Source: Alphaproteobacteria bacterium
Lineage (GTDB): Bacteria > Pseudomonadota > Alphaproteobacteria > CAAHEQ01 > UBA3637
Assembly (NCBI GenBank): GCA_045638265.1
Contig: JAZUBA010000050.1
Span: 41,983-105,982 of the forward strand
Direction: 5' to 3'
Length of the DNA stretch: 64,000 nucleotides
Under the pieces are notes generated by a model that made no database searches, had not been told where the DNA came from, and worked only from the letters and a program-made list of their open reading frames with translations. Numbering within the stretch: position 1 is the stretch's first letter; every line of letters starts with the position of its first letter. Position numbers and translations under genes: made by a program. Below are positions 19,939-30,838 of this stretch, piece by piece.

Positions 19939-20332
19939 TTTTTTTCTTCTTTCGTTTTAAAGTGATACGAATGACACCACCGTCATTCAACCAATGTGTT
20001 TCCCGAATATTATCTTTAAAAACAGGTGTTTCCAACCAATGCATAATTTCATTTTTGATTTTACCCGTTCCTTTCAGCCCTTTTCCTGTAATAATGGTAA
20101 TTTGACGGGATTCGTTTTGACAATGCAAAGCAAAAAAACGCTTAACCATCTGATACGCTTCTTCTACCGTTGCTCCATGTAAATCTAATTCATATAACAA
20201 CGTTTTAGGCGGAGCCTTACGGACAATTAAACGAGGCGGAACAGAGTCAACATAACGATCTGCCTTTCCCTTCAACGGCTTAATTGTTTGGACAAAACGT
20301 TCCCAGTCATCCTTATCGGTTTGTGTGGTCAT
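19907..20332 (-). CDS. Smr-domain protein
   Basis: LDLHGATVEEAYQMVKRFF...ITGKGL motif. Confidence 0.7.
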   Translation of the reverse strand: MTTQTDKDDWERFVQTIKPLKGKADRYVDSVPPRLIVRKAPPKTLLYELDLHGATVEEAYQMVKRFFALHCQNESRQITIITGKGLKGTGKIKNEIMHWLETPVFKDNIRETHWLNDGGVIRITLKRKKKKNEQRKIGIGY

Positions 20333-20335
20333 ATT

Positions 20336-21364
20336 TTAACTCTTTGGCAACAATAAATAATATGACCCTTTGCTTTTCATACGACCCGCTTTATTAAAAG
20401 CCTTTTCACCGTGTCCCCAAAAATAATCTGCCCGAATACCGCCTTGAATGGCTTTACCGATATCTTGTGCAACAACCAGTTTTTGAATATACACACCATC
20501 CGGATCTTTCACATTGAGATACAAAGGTGTATGCATCGGGATATAGTTTTTATCAACAGCAACCGAACGTTCAGGGGTTAGAACCACACCGGCTGACCCA
20601 TAAGGCGACTCGCCCTGAATTTCACGGAAGAAAATATAACGTGGATTTTCTGCCATTATTTCCCGTCCCTTTTTAGGATTGTTTCGCAACCATTGACGCA
20701 TATTTTGCATAGAATGTAAATTTGTAATACCGTGCGATGCAAAAATAGAACCCAAACCTCTGAATTTACGATTGTTATTTCCCGCATAACCGAGCTTTAT
20801 TTCTCCATCCGGTGTAATCATCCGACCTGACCCCTGAATATGCAAAACAAACAAATCCGCAGGATCATTTGCCCATGCAATAATCGGAGCATCAATACCG
20901 TCTTCTTCAATATCTTCCCGAGTCGGATACGTTTTACCATTCACATATCCACGTGGCAATCCATAAACCGGCACTTGCGAAGATGATGTTCTATACCGTG
21001 TTCCGTGAATTTCCGCTTCATAATAACCGGTAATCGTCCCCGTTGTTTCCCCATAAGATACAACCAAATACGGTGTTAATTCGCTTTCAATATAACGTTT
21101 TATCTGATACGAATCGGAATAACGGTATTTTTGCAATCCGATACAAAAATTAACCCATTGTTGATTCGGATTCTGACAAGAACGTAACATAGCAGGCAAA
21201 GCTTCCTGAAAATTATCATAATTCCAAGAAGGCAACGCCGTAAAAGGCACTTCTTTTAAGCGAAAAGCCCGACTTTGTGTTAATTGGTGACTTGACGAAC
21301 AGGCCGTTAAAGCCAATCCAAGCAATCCAATCATAACACCGGAAAATAATTTATTTTTATTCAT
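20336..21364 (-). CDS. mltA: Membrane-bound lytic murein transglycosylase A (lipoprotein)
   Basis: Lipobox LTAC signal, 3D/MltA domain; start trimmed to MNKNKLF at 21364. Confidence 0.8.
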   Translation of the reverse strand: MNKNKLFSGVMIGLLGLALTACSSSHQLTQSRAFRLKEVPFTALPSWNYDNFQEALPAMLRSCQNPNQQWVNFCIGLQKYRYSDSYQIKRYIESELTPYLVVSYGETTGTITGYYEAEIHGTRYRTSSSQVPVYGLPRGYVNGKTYPTREDIEEDGIDAPIIAWANDPADLFVLHIQGSGRMITPDGEIKLGYAGNNNRKFRGLGSIFASHGITNLHSMQNMRQWLRNNPKKGREIMAENPRYIFFREIQGESPYGSAGVVLTPERSVAVDKNYIPMHTPLYLNVKDPDGVYIQKLVVAQDIGKAIQGGIRADYFWGHGEKAFNKAGRMKSKGSYYLLLPKS

Positions 21365-21950
21365 AAACAGCCTCGCTTTGAGTGGCACAAACAACCCATT
21401 TGTTTTTTCCTTTTTTAGAAAATGTCCATAAATCTTTGACTTTGGCAATACTCATCGGATCACCTTCGGCAACTTCATCATCTTGATTTTTCAACAAATT
21501 AATCTGTTCCGTTTCAAAAGCAACAGTTACTTTGTCATTTTCGGGAGAGACATTTGTAATTTCGGCAGAATTAAAGCAAATCAATGAAAATTCCATTTTT
21601 TGCTCTTGTTCATTTCTTGTTTTAACGGCATCTGAAAATGCAGAAAACACATCATCTGCCGTATATGTTTTCAAATTATTTAAATCACCGTTGGCAAACG
21701 ACTCGACAACTTCTTTATAAATTATTTTGGCACGCAATAAAAATTCTTCTTGTGCAAATTTTGCCAAATCAAATGTTTCAGGCGGTTCTTTCATTAAACG
21801 CATTTCAACGATTTGACCGGTCTTTTCCGAAAAAAATCTTAATTTTTCAGGTAATTGTTTTTCCGTATTTTGTTTTTGTCCCAAAGCTTTATACAAGACA
21901 AAAACCAAAAACAAAATTAATCCGAACAATATTAAATTTTCAATAAACAT
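21357..21950 (-). CDS. Tim44-like domain protein
   Basis: N-terminal TM, conserved alphaproteobacterial neighbour of secB/mltA. Confidence 0.6.
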   Translation of the reverse strand: MFIENLILFGLILFLVFVLYKALGQKQNTEKQLPEKLRFFSEKTGQIVEMRLMKEPPETFDLAKFAQEEFLLRAKIIYKEVVESFANGDLNNLKTYTADDVFSAFSDAVKTRNEQEQKMEFSLICFNSAEITNVSPENDKVTVAFETEQINLLKNQDDEVAEGDPMSIAKVKDLWTFSKKGKNKWVVCATQSEAVYE

Positions 21951-22052
21951 TCACTTTTTTCCTTTTTTTTCTTTACAATTACAAAAAACAATAATATACA
22001 TATATTGTATTTAACCCGAAAATTAAATTTTTTTCAAGAGGATTTTTTAAAA

Positions 22053-22520
22053 ATGACAGAAAATCAAAATCAAAATGTTCCAAGCATTCAGGTAAATGCT
22101 CAATATATCAAAGATCTTTCTTTTGAAGCTCCTGCATTACCGCAAATTTTAACAGAAATCAATTCCGCTCCCGCTATTGGAGTCAATGTTGATATTCAGG
22201 TCAACAAAACAGACAGAGATAATATGTTTACGGTTGAATTAAACGTTAAAGCTTCTGCACAAACAGCTGATACAAAAAAACCGATTTTCATCTGTGAATT
22301 AACATATGGTGCATTGGTTACATTAGATGTTCCTCAAGAACACGTTGAACCTATTTTATTAGTTGAAATTCCACAATTATTGTTCCCTTATGCTCGTTCA
22401 ATCGTTGCTAATACAACACGTGAAGCCGGTTTACCGCCGTTACAAATTAACCCGATTGACTTTGCAACATTATATCGTGAAAAAGTTGCACAAGCACAAG
22501 CTCAGGCTGAACAAAAATAA
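22053..22520 (+). CDS. secB: Protein-export chaperone SecB
   Basis: MTENQNQNVPSIQVNAQYIKDLSFEAP... SecB signature; start at internal ATG 22053. Confidence 0.85.
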   Translation: MTENQNQNVPSIQVNAQYIKDLSFEAPALPQILTEINSAPAIGVNVDIQVNKTDRDNMFTVELNVKASAQTADTKKPIFICELTYGALVTLDVPQEHVEPILLVEIPQLLFPYARSIVANTTREAGLPPLQINPIDFATLYREKVAQAQAQAEQK

Positions 22521-22620
22521 CTGTAACAAAAAAAATACCGATAAAAGGACAAAAAAGATTGCTTTTTTGTCTTTTTTCGTTATAAGCTGATTTTATCTGT
22601 TTTTTTTAAGTGAGGGAAAA

Positions 22621-23031
22621 ATGAAGTTTATTTCACATAACGAATCCGAAACGGCTCAAATTGCCTATCATTTTGCACAAACATTAAAAATGGGTGATGT
22701 TGTTGCTTTATACGGCACGCTCGGTGTCGGTAAAACGGCTTTTTGCAGGGGCTTTATCCAATCTTTAACATCAAATGAAACAGATGTTCCCAGTCCGACA
22801 TTTACGTTACTTCAAACATACGACACACCGTTATATCCGGTTTATCACTTTGATATGTATCGTTTAAAAACGCCGGAGGAAGCTTATGAAATCGGTATTG
22901 AAGATGCGTTTTATGATGGCGTCAGTTTGATTGAATGGCCTGAAAAATTAGGCTATTTACTGCCTCAACATCATAAAAAAGTCACCATTGAGATTTTACC
23001 GGATAACACAAGGGAAATTACAATAGAATAA
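22621..23031 (+). CDS. tsaE: tRNA threonylcarbamoyladenosine biosynthesis protein TsaE
   Basis: Walker A GTLGVGKTAF. Confidence 0.85.
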   Translation: MKFISHNESETAQIAYHFAQTLKMGDVVALYGTLGVGKTAFCRGFIQSLTSNETDVPSPTFTLLQTYDTPLYPVYHFDMYRLKTPEEAYEIGIEDAFYDGVSLIEWPEKLGYLLPQHHKKVTIEILPDNTREITIE

Positions 23032-23042
23032 GAGGTGTAAAT

Positions 23043-24032
23043 ATGGAAAGAGAAAATCAACTAAAATCCTTTTTATCACAAAACGGTTGGGGAGAAGCAC
23101 AACAATCGTTATTGGCACATGATGCGTCTTTTCGTTGGTATGACAGATTAACATTGGACAATCAATCACGGGTATTAATGAATGCACCAATTCCGAAAGA
23201 GAATCCGGCTCAATTTGTTTTTGTTGATAAAATATTAGAAAATATCGGTGTTAAAGTACCGCATATTTATGCCCAAGATTTAGAAAACGGTTTTTTACTT
23301 TTGGAAGATTTGGGAGACGATACGTTTACCCGTCTGATTGCCAAAGGTGAAAATGAAGATATTTTGTATAAAAAAGCTGTTGATGTTTTAATCAATGTTC
23401 AAAAAGAAATTCACACGAATGTCGGATTAAAAGAATATGATTTTGATTTAATGTTTTTTGAAGCTTCCTTGTTACCGTTATGGTATATCAAACACGTTTT
23501 AAATACGGATATTGATGAAAAAGGTATGCAGGAATTTGAACAAATTTGGCGTAAATTATATGAAATTATATCATCTGTTCCCAATACACTGGTTTTATTG
23601 GATTACCATGTAGATAATCTGATGATAACAAAAAATAACGAATGTGCCGTTTTGGATTTCCAAGACGCCCGTTTCGGACCTGTAACATACGATTTGGCAT
23701 CTTTGTTGGAAGATGCTCGTCGTCCCGTTGCCAAAGAATTGCAAGAAAAAATGAAAGCTTATTATTTTGAAAATATGCCTGAACATCATACAAACGCATT
23801 TAACACATCTTATCCCGTTATGGCAGTGCAACGTCATACCAAAGTTATCGGGATTTTTGTCCGTTTATTTGTTCGGGACGGAAAAGACCGCTATTTAAAA
23901 CATATTCCGTTTGTCTGGCAACTGCTTGAAAAACATTTAGATAATCCGATTTTCAGTGATTATAAAAAATGGTTGGATAAATACATTCCTTCCGAAGTCA
24001 GACACCAAGTACCATTTCAAAAAAAAGGATAA
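23043..24032 (+). CDS. Aminoglycoside-phosphotransferase-family kinase (AmgK-like MurNAc/GlcNAc anomeric kinase)
   Basis: APH motifs LDYHVDNLMI...LDFQDARFGP; conserved tsaE–amgK–murU–addB context. Confidence 0.7.
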   Translation: MERENQLKSFLSQNGWGEAQQSLLAHDASFRWYDRLTLDNQSRVLMNAPIPKENPAQFVFVDKILENIGVKVPHIYAQDLENGFLLLEDLGDDTFTRLIAKGENEDILYKKAVDVLINVQKEIHTNVGLKEYDFDLMFFEASLLPLWYIKHVLNTDIDEKGMQEFEQIWRKLYEIISSVPNTLVLLDYHVDNLMITKNNECAVLDFQDARFGPVTYDLASLLEDARRPVAKELQEKMKAYYFENMPEHHTNAFNTSYPVMAVQRHTKVIGIFVRLFVRDGKDRYLKHIPFVWQLLEKHLDNPIFSDYKKWLDKYIPSEVRHQVPFQKKG

Positions 24033-24745
24033 TGATGCATAAAATTAAAACAGGGATGATTTTAGCTGCCGGTCGGGGTGTTCGTATGCGTGAATTAACC
24101 GATACAAAACCAAAACCGTTAATGGAAATTCATCAAAAACCAATTATTGATTATATTGCCGAAGGAATGATAAAACATGGGATAAACAATATTGTTGTCA
24201 ATACATGTTATAAGGGCGAAATGATTAAAGACGATTTGTCTAAATATGAAAATATTTGCTTTTCCGATGAAGAAACAGCTCTTGAAACAGGCGGAGGTGT
24301 TAAAAAAGCCCTACCCTTGTTAAATGCGGATATGTTTTTTGTCAGTAATGCCGATCCGGTTTGGTTGGATAAAACAACAACGGTATTTGAACAACTGGAA
24401 ACAGCTTGGGATTCGGATAAAATGGATATTTTACTTGCTTTAATTCCGACTACAAATGCCAAAGGTGATGTTAAAGACGGTAATTATTTCATTGAAAACG
24501 GCAAACCCAGACGACAACGTCCTGATGAAAAAAATATTCCGTATCTGTTTATGGGTGTTCAAATTTTACACCGCAGAATTTTTGAAAACACACCCAATGG
24601 CGCTTTTAGTTTACGAGACCTGTATGATATTGCCGAAAAACAAAATCGGTTGGGCTATATTGTTTTTGACGGTATTTGGTATCATGTCGGTACACCGGAA
24701 GCATTAACGGAAACAAACCTTGCATTTGATGAATTGTATAAGTAG
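24032..24745 (+). CDS. Sugar-1-phosphate nucleotidyltransferase (MurU-like)
   Basis: MILAAGRGVRMRELTDTKPKPL signature. Confidence 0.7.
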   Translation: MMHKIKTGMILAAGRGVRMRELTDTKPKPLMEIHQKPIIDYIAEGMIKHGINNIVVNTCYKGEMIKDDLSKYENICFSDEETALETGGGVKKALPLLNADMFFVSNADPVWLDKTTTVFEQLETAWDSDKMDILLALIPTTNAKGDVKDGNYFIENGKPRRQRPDEKNIPYLFMGVQILHRRIFENTPNGAFSLRDLYDIAEKQNRLGYIVFDGIWYHVGTPEALTETNLAFDELYK

Positions 24746-24752
24746 GATATAA

Positions 24753-27566
24753 ATGATTTACACGTTGAATCTTTCTGATAATTTTGCGGATAAACTGGTT
24801 GAAATTGTTTTAAACAGGCAAAGCAATCCCTTACAAACGGCACAGACACAAATTATTTTACCAACCAAACGAGCTTGTCGAACAGTACGGGAGGCATTTA
24901 TTCGTTTATGTGGGGAAAAACCGATTTTAATGCCTCAAATACGAGCCTTGTTTGAAACAGATGATTTAATGCTGGATATACCCCCTGCTTTATCAAGGTT
25001 GGAAAGATTGTTTTTATTGGCACGCTTATGTCAAGCTAAATCAAATATTGATACATTAGACAAAGCGTTTAAAATCGCAACGGCACTCGGTGAAATATTA
25101 GATGAATTTTACACATATGAAGTATCGTTGGACAAATTGGAAAATTTAATCCCTAACGAAGATTTGGCTCAACATTGGAAAGAAAGTCTTGTCTTTTTAG
25201 ATGTTTTACGTTCTGTTTGGCCTCAGGTTTTAGCAGAAAAAGGCAAAATTGATTCAGCAGACAGAACCATTCGCCTTATTAACTGCTTAACAAAAAAAAT
25301 AGAAAATCCGCATTTTAGCACACCCGTTATTTTGGCTGGTTTTGATGGTGAAGTGCCAGCAATCAGACGTTTAATTAAAGCTTTAAATAATAAAAATAAT
25401 TCATTGATTTTATTGAGCGGATTAAATACAGAAATTGATGTTGACGATATGAAAAACATAACCGCTCAACATTATCAGTTTCATTTACATAAATTACTTA
25501 AACACTTAAAAACGGAACCGCAAAACATCTCTCTTTTATCACAAAACAGTGTACCGCAGGAAGCACTTATTCATGAAGCTTTTAAACCGGCCGAACAAGC
25601 AGATGAATGGCGACATTCAAATATATCAGCTGATGTTTTACAAAACGTAACCCGTATTGATTGCGATACAATAACGGAAGAAGCTTTAACCATAGCTCTC
25701 CTTCTTAGAGAAGTTTTGGAAACACCCGAAAAAACGGCCGCATTAGTTACATCCGACAGAAATCTATCCCGTCATGTAATTGCTCAAATGAAACGATGGG
25801 GTATTGAATTGGATGATTCGGCGGGAACACCGCTTCACCACACACCAACCGGTGTATTCCTATCGTTAATTGCTGATTATGGTTTAAATAACGGCAGTGG
25901 CTCATCAACATTGGCTTTGTTAAAACATCCGTTGTGTGCTGATGGTTCTTTACCCGCTGATTTACGCAAAAAAGCAAAACAGGCTGAATATAATGCCCGA
26001 AGCAAACATACAAAACTGGATTTTATTTTTCAAACGGATATGTCCGATTTTTTGCGAATTTTTGAACAAAACGATCCTGTTTCGTTTAAAAGAATATTAA
26101 CTTTGCATTTAGAAATTGCTGAAAAATTGGCAAACAGTTTCGACAGAACCGGTATGCGACGCCTTTGGGAAACAGATGACGGAGAAGAAGCTTATCGTTT
26201 CTTTACGGAATTAAAAGAACACGCTGAAAATATCGGGTCCGTTTTACCGAGTTTATACGGCGAAACACTTACCTATTTAATGTCCAGCATATCCGTTCGT
26301 CCTAAATACGGTATGCATCCGCGTTTGGATATTTTAGGACCGATTGAATCCCGATTAATTCATCCGGATGTCTGTATTATCGGCGGATTAAATGAAGGCA
26401 CGTTTCCCCAATTACCTGATACAGGACCTTGGCTTAGTCGACCGATGCGTCAAAAAATCGGATTGCCGTTACCTGAAAGCTCAATAGCTATGCAAAGTAT
26501 GGATTTTGCTTACGCTTGTTGCGCCAAAGAAGTTTATTTAACACGTTCTTTAAAAGCAGACGGTTCACAAACAATCCCGTCTCGCTTTTTATCCCGTATG
26601 GAAGCTGTATTAGAAGGGGCAGACATTAAATGGCAAATACAAAAACCATTATGGACACACAAATTGGATATGCCGGATAAAATTGAAAAAACTGAACGCC
26701 CTGCTCCGATACCTCCGTTAGAATTAAGACCAACACAATTATCTGTTACCAATATTGAACGCTTGATGTGCAATCCTTACGGTGTTTATGCACGCTATAT
26801 TTTAAAATTGTATCCGTTAGATGAACTTGAAAATATGCAAGATAGATTGCTTTATGGTTCGGCACTTCATAAAGCTTTGGAAAATATGGTAAAAAACAAC
26901 GTTTATGACGTACAGACATTGGTTGATGATATGATGAATGAATTACGGCGTTTAAATATGCCAGAATCATCTATGGCATTATATCGCCCCAAAGTGGAAA
27001 AAGTCGCACAATTTATCAGCAAAACACAAGAAGAACGGATAAATAACATTCAAACATCTTTTGCAGAAATTGAAGGTGAATGGACTTTCAAATTAGATGA
27101 TAAATCTGATTTCACCATTACGGCAAAGGCCGACCGAATTGATTATATGCAAGACGGCAGTATTGAAATCATTGATTATAAAACAGGAACACCACCAAGC
27201 AATACACAAGTTTGTCAAGGTTACAAGCCTCAATTACCTCTGGAAGGATTAATTGTTAAAAATGCAGGATTTAACGATGTTCCCAAAACAGAAAATGTTA
27301 CTTTTTCATTTTGGAAATTAAGCGGTCAAGGACAAGGCGGAGAAGTCAAACCGGTTAACAAAATAAAAAAACAAAGTATTTCAGCAGAAGAAATTATGGA
27401 TTTTGCCGATAATGGCGTCAGACGTGTATTAAACGCCTATCGTGATGAAACAACACCCTATATACCTTACTTAAAACCGACACTGATTAAATATGATGAT
27501 TACGAATATTTGGCTCGTGTCAAAGAGTGGCTGAGTGATGACGATGAAAATAACGCAGGAGAATAA
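24753..27566 (+). CDS. addB: Double-strand break repair protein AddB (alphaproteobacterial type)
   Basis: 937 aa, C-terminal RecB-like nuclease motif DRIDYMQDGSIEIIDYKTG; precedes addA. Confidence 0.8.
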   Translation: MIYTLNLSDNFADKLVEIVLNRQSNPLQTAQTQIILPTKRACRTVREAFIRLCGEKPILMPQIRALFETDDLMLDIPPALSRLERLFLLARLCQAKSNIDTLDKAFKIATALGEILDEFYTYEVSLDKLENLIPNEDLAQHWKESLVFLDVLRSVWPQVLAEKGKIDSADRTIRLINCLTKKIENPHFSTPVILAGFDGEVPAIRRLIKALNNKNNSLILLSGLNTEIDVDDMKNITAQHYQFHLHKLLKHLKTEPQNISLLSQNSVPQEALIHEAFKPAEQADEWRHSNISADVLQNVTRIDCDTITEEALTIALLLREVLETPEKTAALVTSDRNLSRHVIAQMKRWGIELDDSAGTPLHHTPTGVFLSLIADYGLNNGSGSSTLALLKHPLCADGSLPADLRKKAKQAEYNARSKHTKLDFIFQTDMSDFLRIFEQNDPVSFKRILTLHLEIAEKLANSFDRTGMRRLWETDDGEEAYRFFTELKEHAENIGSVLPSLYGETLTYLMSSISVRPKYGMHPRLDILGPIESRLIHPDVCIIGGLNEGTFPQLPDTGPWLSRPMRQKIGLPLPESSIAMQSMDFAYACCAKEVYLTRSLKADGSQTIPSRFLSRMEAVLEGADIKWQIQKPLWTHKLDMPDKIEKTERPAPIPPLELRPTQLSVTNIERLMCNPYGVYARYILKLYPLDELENMQDRLLYGSALHKALENMVKNNVYDVQTLVDDMMNELRRLNMPESSMALYRPKVEKVAQFISKTQEERINNIQTSFAEIEGEWTFKLDDKSDFTITAKADRIDYMQDGSIEIIDYKTGTPPSNTQVCQGYKPQLPLEGLIVKNAGFNDVPKTENVTFSFWKLSGQGQGGEVKPVNKIKKQSISAEEIMDFADNGVRRVLNAYRDETTPYIPYLKPTLIKYDDYEYLARVKEWLSDDDENNAGE

Positions 27567-27568
27567 CA

Positions 27569-30500
27569 ATGATAATTGATCAATCCATTATAGATGCACA
27601 ACGTTCTGCCTGTAATCCGCTTCATTCTGTTTGGGTATCTGCTTCGGCAGGTTCCGGTAAAACAAAAGTGTTAACGGATAGAGTGTTAAACTTATTGTTA
27701 TCAGACACGCGTCCGAATAAAATTTTATGCTTAACCTTTACAAAAGCAGCCGCCGCCGAAATGTCCAATCGGATTACAAAAAAATTAAAAGAATGGACAA
27801 TTGCCTCAACACAAACATTAATAGATGAATTAAAAGCATTAAGAGGATTGCCTCCGACTGAAGAAATGATATTAAAAGCCCGTCAACTCTTTGTTGATGT
27901 ATTAGAAACACCGGGCAGTATGAAAATTATGACTATCCATGCTTTTTGTCAGTCCGTGTTAAACCGTTTCCCGATTGAAGCACATATATCACCTCAATTT
28001 AACGTTATAGACGATACACGCTCCTCTTTGTTAATGAAAGAGGCCGTCAATGCAACATTTTTGAATCCTGATTTTCAAGATGACATTGATATGTTGAGTG
28101 ATTACTTTCAGGAAAAAGACATTCAAACCATTTTTAACAACATTTTAAAAAGTGAAGCAAAATTCAGGCAGTTTTTTCAAGCCCATCCATACTTTGAGGG
28201 GATTAAAAATAGTTTAAAGCAAAAATTTAAGTTATCTAAATATCACTCTGAAAATGATATATTAATTGATATATATAATCCATTAAAATTTACAAATTAC
28301 ACTCCTGATGATGTTCTGCCGATAAAAGCCGTTTTTGAAGAACATAAAAAAACATATTTAACAAACGAAGGGGAAATTCGCAAGGCTAAAAAATTTCAGG
28401 TTCAGGAAGCTTATGATGTTTTTGAGGCATTTGAAAAAATAAAAATGCTTAAAATTATTGACCTGACTGTTTGCGTTTTGCGTTTAATTCATCAAATCAT
28501 TATCCGATACGAAATCCTGAAAAACGAACACGCTTATATGGATTATGGCGACTTGATTGAAAAAACAAAGCAACTGTTGACCAAAAACGGTATGTCTCAA
28601 TGGGTGTTATATAAAATGGATGAAGGTATTGATCATATTTTAGTTGATGAAGCCCAAGATACCAATCCAGACCAATGGGAAATTATCCGATTATTCAGTG
28701 AAGAATTTTTTGCCGGATTAGGCAGAGAATCAACCGTTGTTCGCACTATTTTTGTTGTGGGGGATAAAAAACAATCCATTTACAGCTTTCAAGGCGCTGA
28801 TCCTGCCGAATTCGGACGAATGCAAGCTTATTTTAAAAAGAAAGTAACCGATTCACAACATATATTCAAAATCGTTCCGATGAATGCGTCTTTCCGCTCA
28901 ACTCAGACTGTTTTGGATTTGGTTAATCACGTTTTGCACTTTCCAAAAGCATCAAAAGGTGTTTTGGAACAAACCGAAACCGCCGATCACGTTGCCGTAC
29001 GTAAAAATGAACCCGGTTTGATTGAAATCTGGCCTTTGGTTCAGGTTGATAAAAAAGAAGACAATGAAATATGGCCGTTACCGATTAAAGATATACAAGA
29101 AAGTGCCATGGTTGTTTTAGCCAATCAAATTGCTACTAAAATCAAATCTTTTATAGATAACAAAGAAGAACTGAAATCCGAAGGCAGACCGATTGAGCCA
29201 AAGGATATTATGATTTTAGTCAGTCGCCGAACCGGTATTGTCAACGAATTAGTACGGGCTTTAAAAGACAGAAATATCCCCGTTGCAGGTATTGACCGTT
29301 TAGATTTATCGGTTCACATTGCCGTACAGGATTTACTCGCCATTGCCAAGTTTGCATTATTACCCGAAGATGAATTGAATTTAGCGGGTGTTTTAAAAAG
29401 TCCACTGATTGGTATGACGGAAAAACAACTGATGGATGTATGCATTAACAGAGAAACTAAAAACTTATGGACACACATTCAACAAGCAAAATCTGAAACG
29501 GCAAAAAAATTAAATCAAATTCTGAATTTGGCAGATAAAATGCCTGTTTATGAATTTTTTGCAACCATATTAGGGGCATTCGGCGGAAGAAAATCTCTTG
29601 TACAACGATTAGGCACAGATGCAAATGAAGCCATTGATGAATTTTTAGCCTTAACACTTTCTTTTGAACAAGATTATACACCCTCTTTACAAAATTTTAT
29701 CAACTGGTTTCAAAATCGTAACAATACCATTAAACGAGATATGGAACAAGGCGAACAAAATACCGTTAAAATTATGACTGTTCATGGTTCAAAAGGACTA
29801 CAAAGCAATATTGTTTTTATGCCCGATGCACAACGTGTTCCCAGTAAAGGTGAAACATTTTTCTGGGCTGATGAATTTCCGATTTGGATTGCTCGCAAAG
29901 ATTTGAAAAATAATGCTTTAACAAGCATCTATGACGAAAAAGACATTTTAAGAGAAGAAGAATATCATCGTCTGCTTTACGTTGCCTTAACACGCGCCCG
30001 AGACAGACTTTATATTTGCGGTTGGAGTAATACCAAAAAGAAAGAAGAAAATACGCCACCGACAAATTCAAAAGAAAAAGAAAAGACAATGAGTTGGCAC
30101 GAATTAGTCTGTCAGGCACTTCCGCAACACATACAGCCTAATCAAAACAAAATTATTCACATTGAATCAAACACAGATTTTATGCCAACGCAAAAAGAAA
30201 AGAAAGAATCATATACGCAACCGGATTTACCGTTACCTGAGTGGGTGTTTCAACAAGCTCCCGATGAAACACCACTCTCTAAACCGTTAATGCCCTCCCG
30301 TATTACACCCAATGAACCGCAAACGGAATCAATTATCGGGACAACACAGGAAACAGCACTGAAACGAGGCATATTTTTGCATAAACTGATTCAATATCTA
30401 CCCCAAGTCCCTGCCCTAAACAGAAAAGAGGTTGCATTCAAATTGAAGCCGGATGATATAGAAATTCCTGAAAACTTTTTTGATATATTTGACAACCAAG

Positions 30501-30838
30501 ATTTTCAAACATTATTTGGCAACAATTCAGTTGCCGAAGTTCCGATTGCCGGTATTGTCGGAAAACGGGTTGTATCAGGACAAATTGACAGGTTAATTGT
30601 TACAGATAATGACGTGTGGATTGTTGACTTTAAAACAAACCGACAAGTCCCTGAAACCCCGTCAACAGTCCATAAAAGCTACAAAACGCAATTATTCGCA
30701 TATAAAAGCTTGATTAAAAATATTTTCTCTGATAAGATAGTCAGAACATTTTTACTGTGGACTGAAACAATGACACTCATGGAAATGACAGAAGAAATCA
30801 ATTTAAACAGTACGGTTATAGAAAAGGAACTGATATGA
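27569..30838 (+). CDS. addA: Double-strand break repair helicase-nuclease AddA
   Basis: UvrD-like Walker A SASAGSGKTKVL, DEAQDTN, C-terminal nuclease GQIDRLIV...VDFKTN. Confidence 0.9.
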   Translation: MIIDQSIIDAQRSACNPLHSVWVSASAGSGKTKVLTDRVLNLLLSDTRPNKILCLTFTKAAAAEMSNRITKKLKEWTIASTQTLIDELKALRGLPPTEEMILKARQLFVDVLETPGSMKIMTIHAFCQSVLNRFPIEAHISPQFNVIDDTRSSLLMKEAVNATFLNPDFQDDIDMLSDYFQEKDIQTIFNNILKSEAKFRQFFQAHPYFEGIKNSLKQKFKLSKYHSENDILIDIYNPLKFTNYTPDDVLPIKAVFEEHKKTYLTNEGEIRKAKKFQVQEAYDVFEAFEKIKMLKIIDLTVCVLRLIHQIIIRYEILKNEHAYMDYGDLIEKTKQLLTKNGMSQWVLYKMDEGIDHILVDEAQDTNPDQWEIIRLFSEEFFAGLGRESTVVRTIFVVGDKKQSIYSFQGADPAEFGRMQAYFKKKVTDSQHIFKIVPMNASFRSTQTVLDLVNHVLHFPKASKGVLEQTETADHVAVRKNEPGLIEIWPLVQVDKKEDNEIWPLPIKDIQESAMVVLANQIATKIKSFIDNKEELKSEGRPIEPKDIMILVSRRTGIVNELVRALKDRNIPVAGIDRLDLSVHIAVQDLLAIAKFALLPEDELNLAGVLKSPLIGMTEKQLMDVCINRETKNLWTHIQQAKSETAKKLNQILNLADKMPVYEFFATILGAFGGRKSLVQRLGTDANEAIDEFLALTLSFEQDYTPSLQNFINWFQNRNNTIKRDMEQGEQNTVKIMTVHGSKGLQSNIVFMPDAQRVPSKGETFFWADEFPIWIARKDLKNNALTSIYDEKDILREEEYHRLLYVALTRARDRLYICGWSNTKKKEENTPPTNSKEKEKTMSWHELVCQALPQHIQPNQNKIIHIESNTDFMPTQKEKKESYTQPDLPLPEWVFQQAPDETPLSKPLMPSRITPNEPQTESIIGTTQETALKRGIFLHKLIQYLPQVPALNRKEVAFKLKPDDIEIPENFFDIFDNQDFQTLFGNNSVAEVPIAGIVGKRVVSGQIDRLIVTDNDVWIVDFKTNRQVPETPSTVHKSYKTQLFAYKSLIKNIFSDKIVRTFLLWTETMTLMEMTEEINLNSTVIEKELI

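Noticed and set aside
19212-20182. Plus-strand ORFs (19212-19601, 19774-19965, 19782-20105, 19994-20182) overlapping tsaD and the Smr gene
   Set aside because: They are antisense to well-supported conserved genes (tsaD, smr) and have no independent support.
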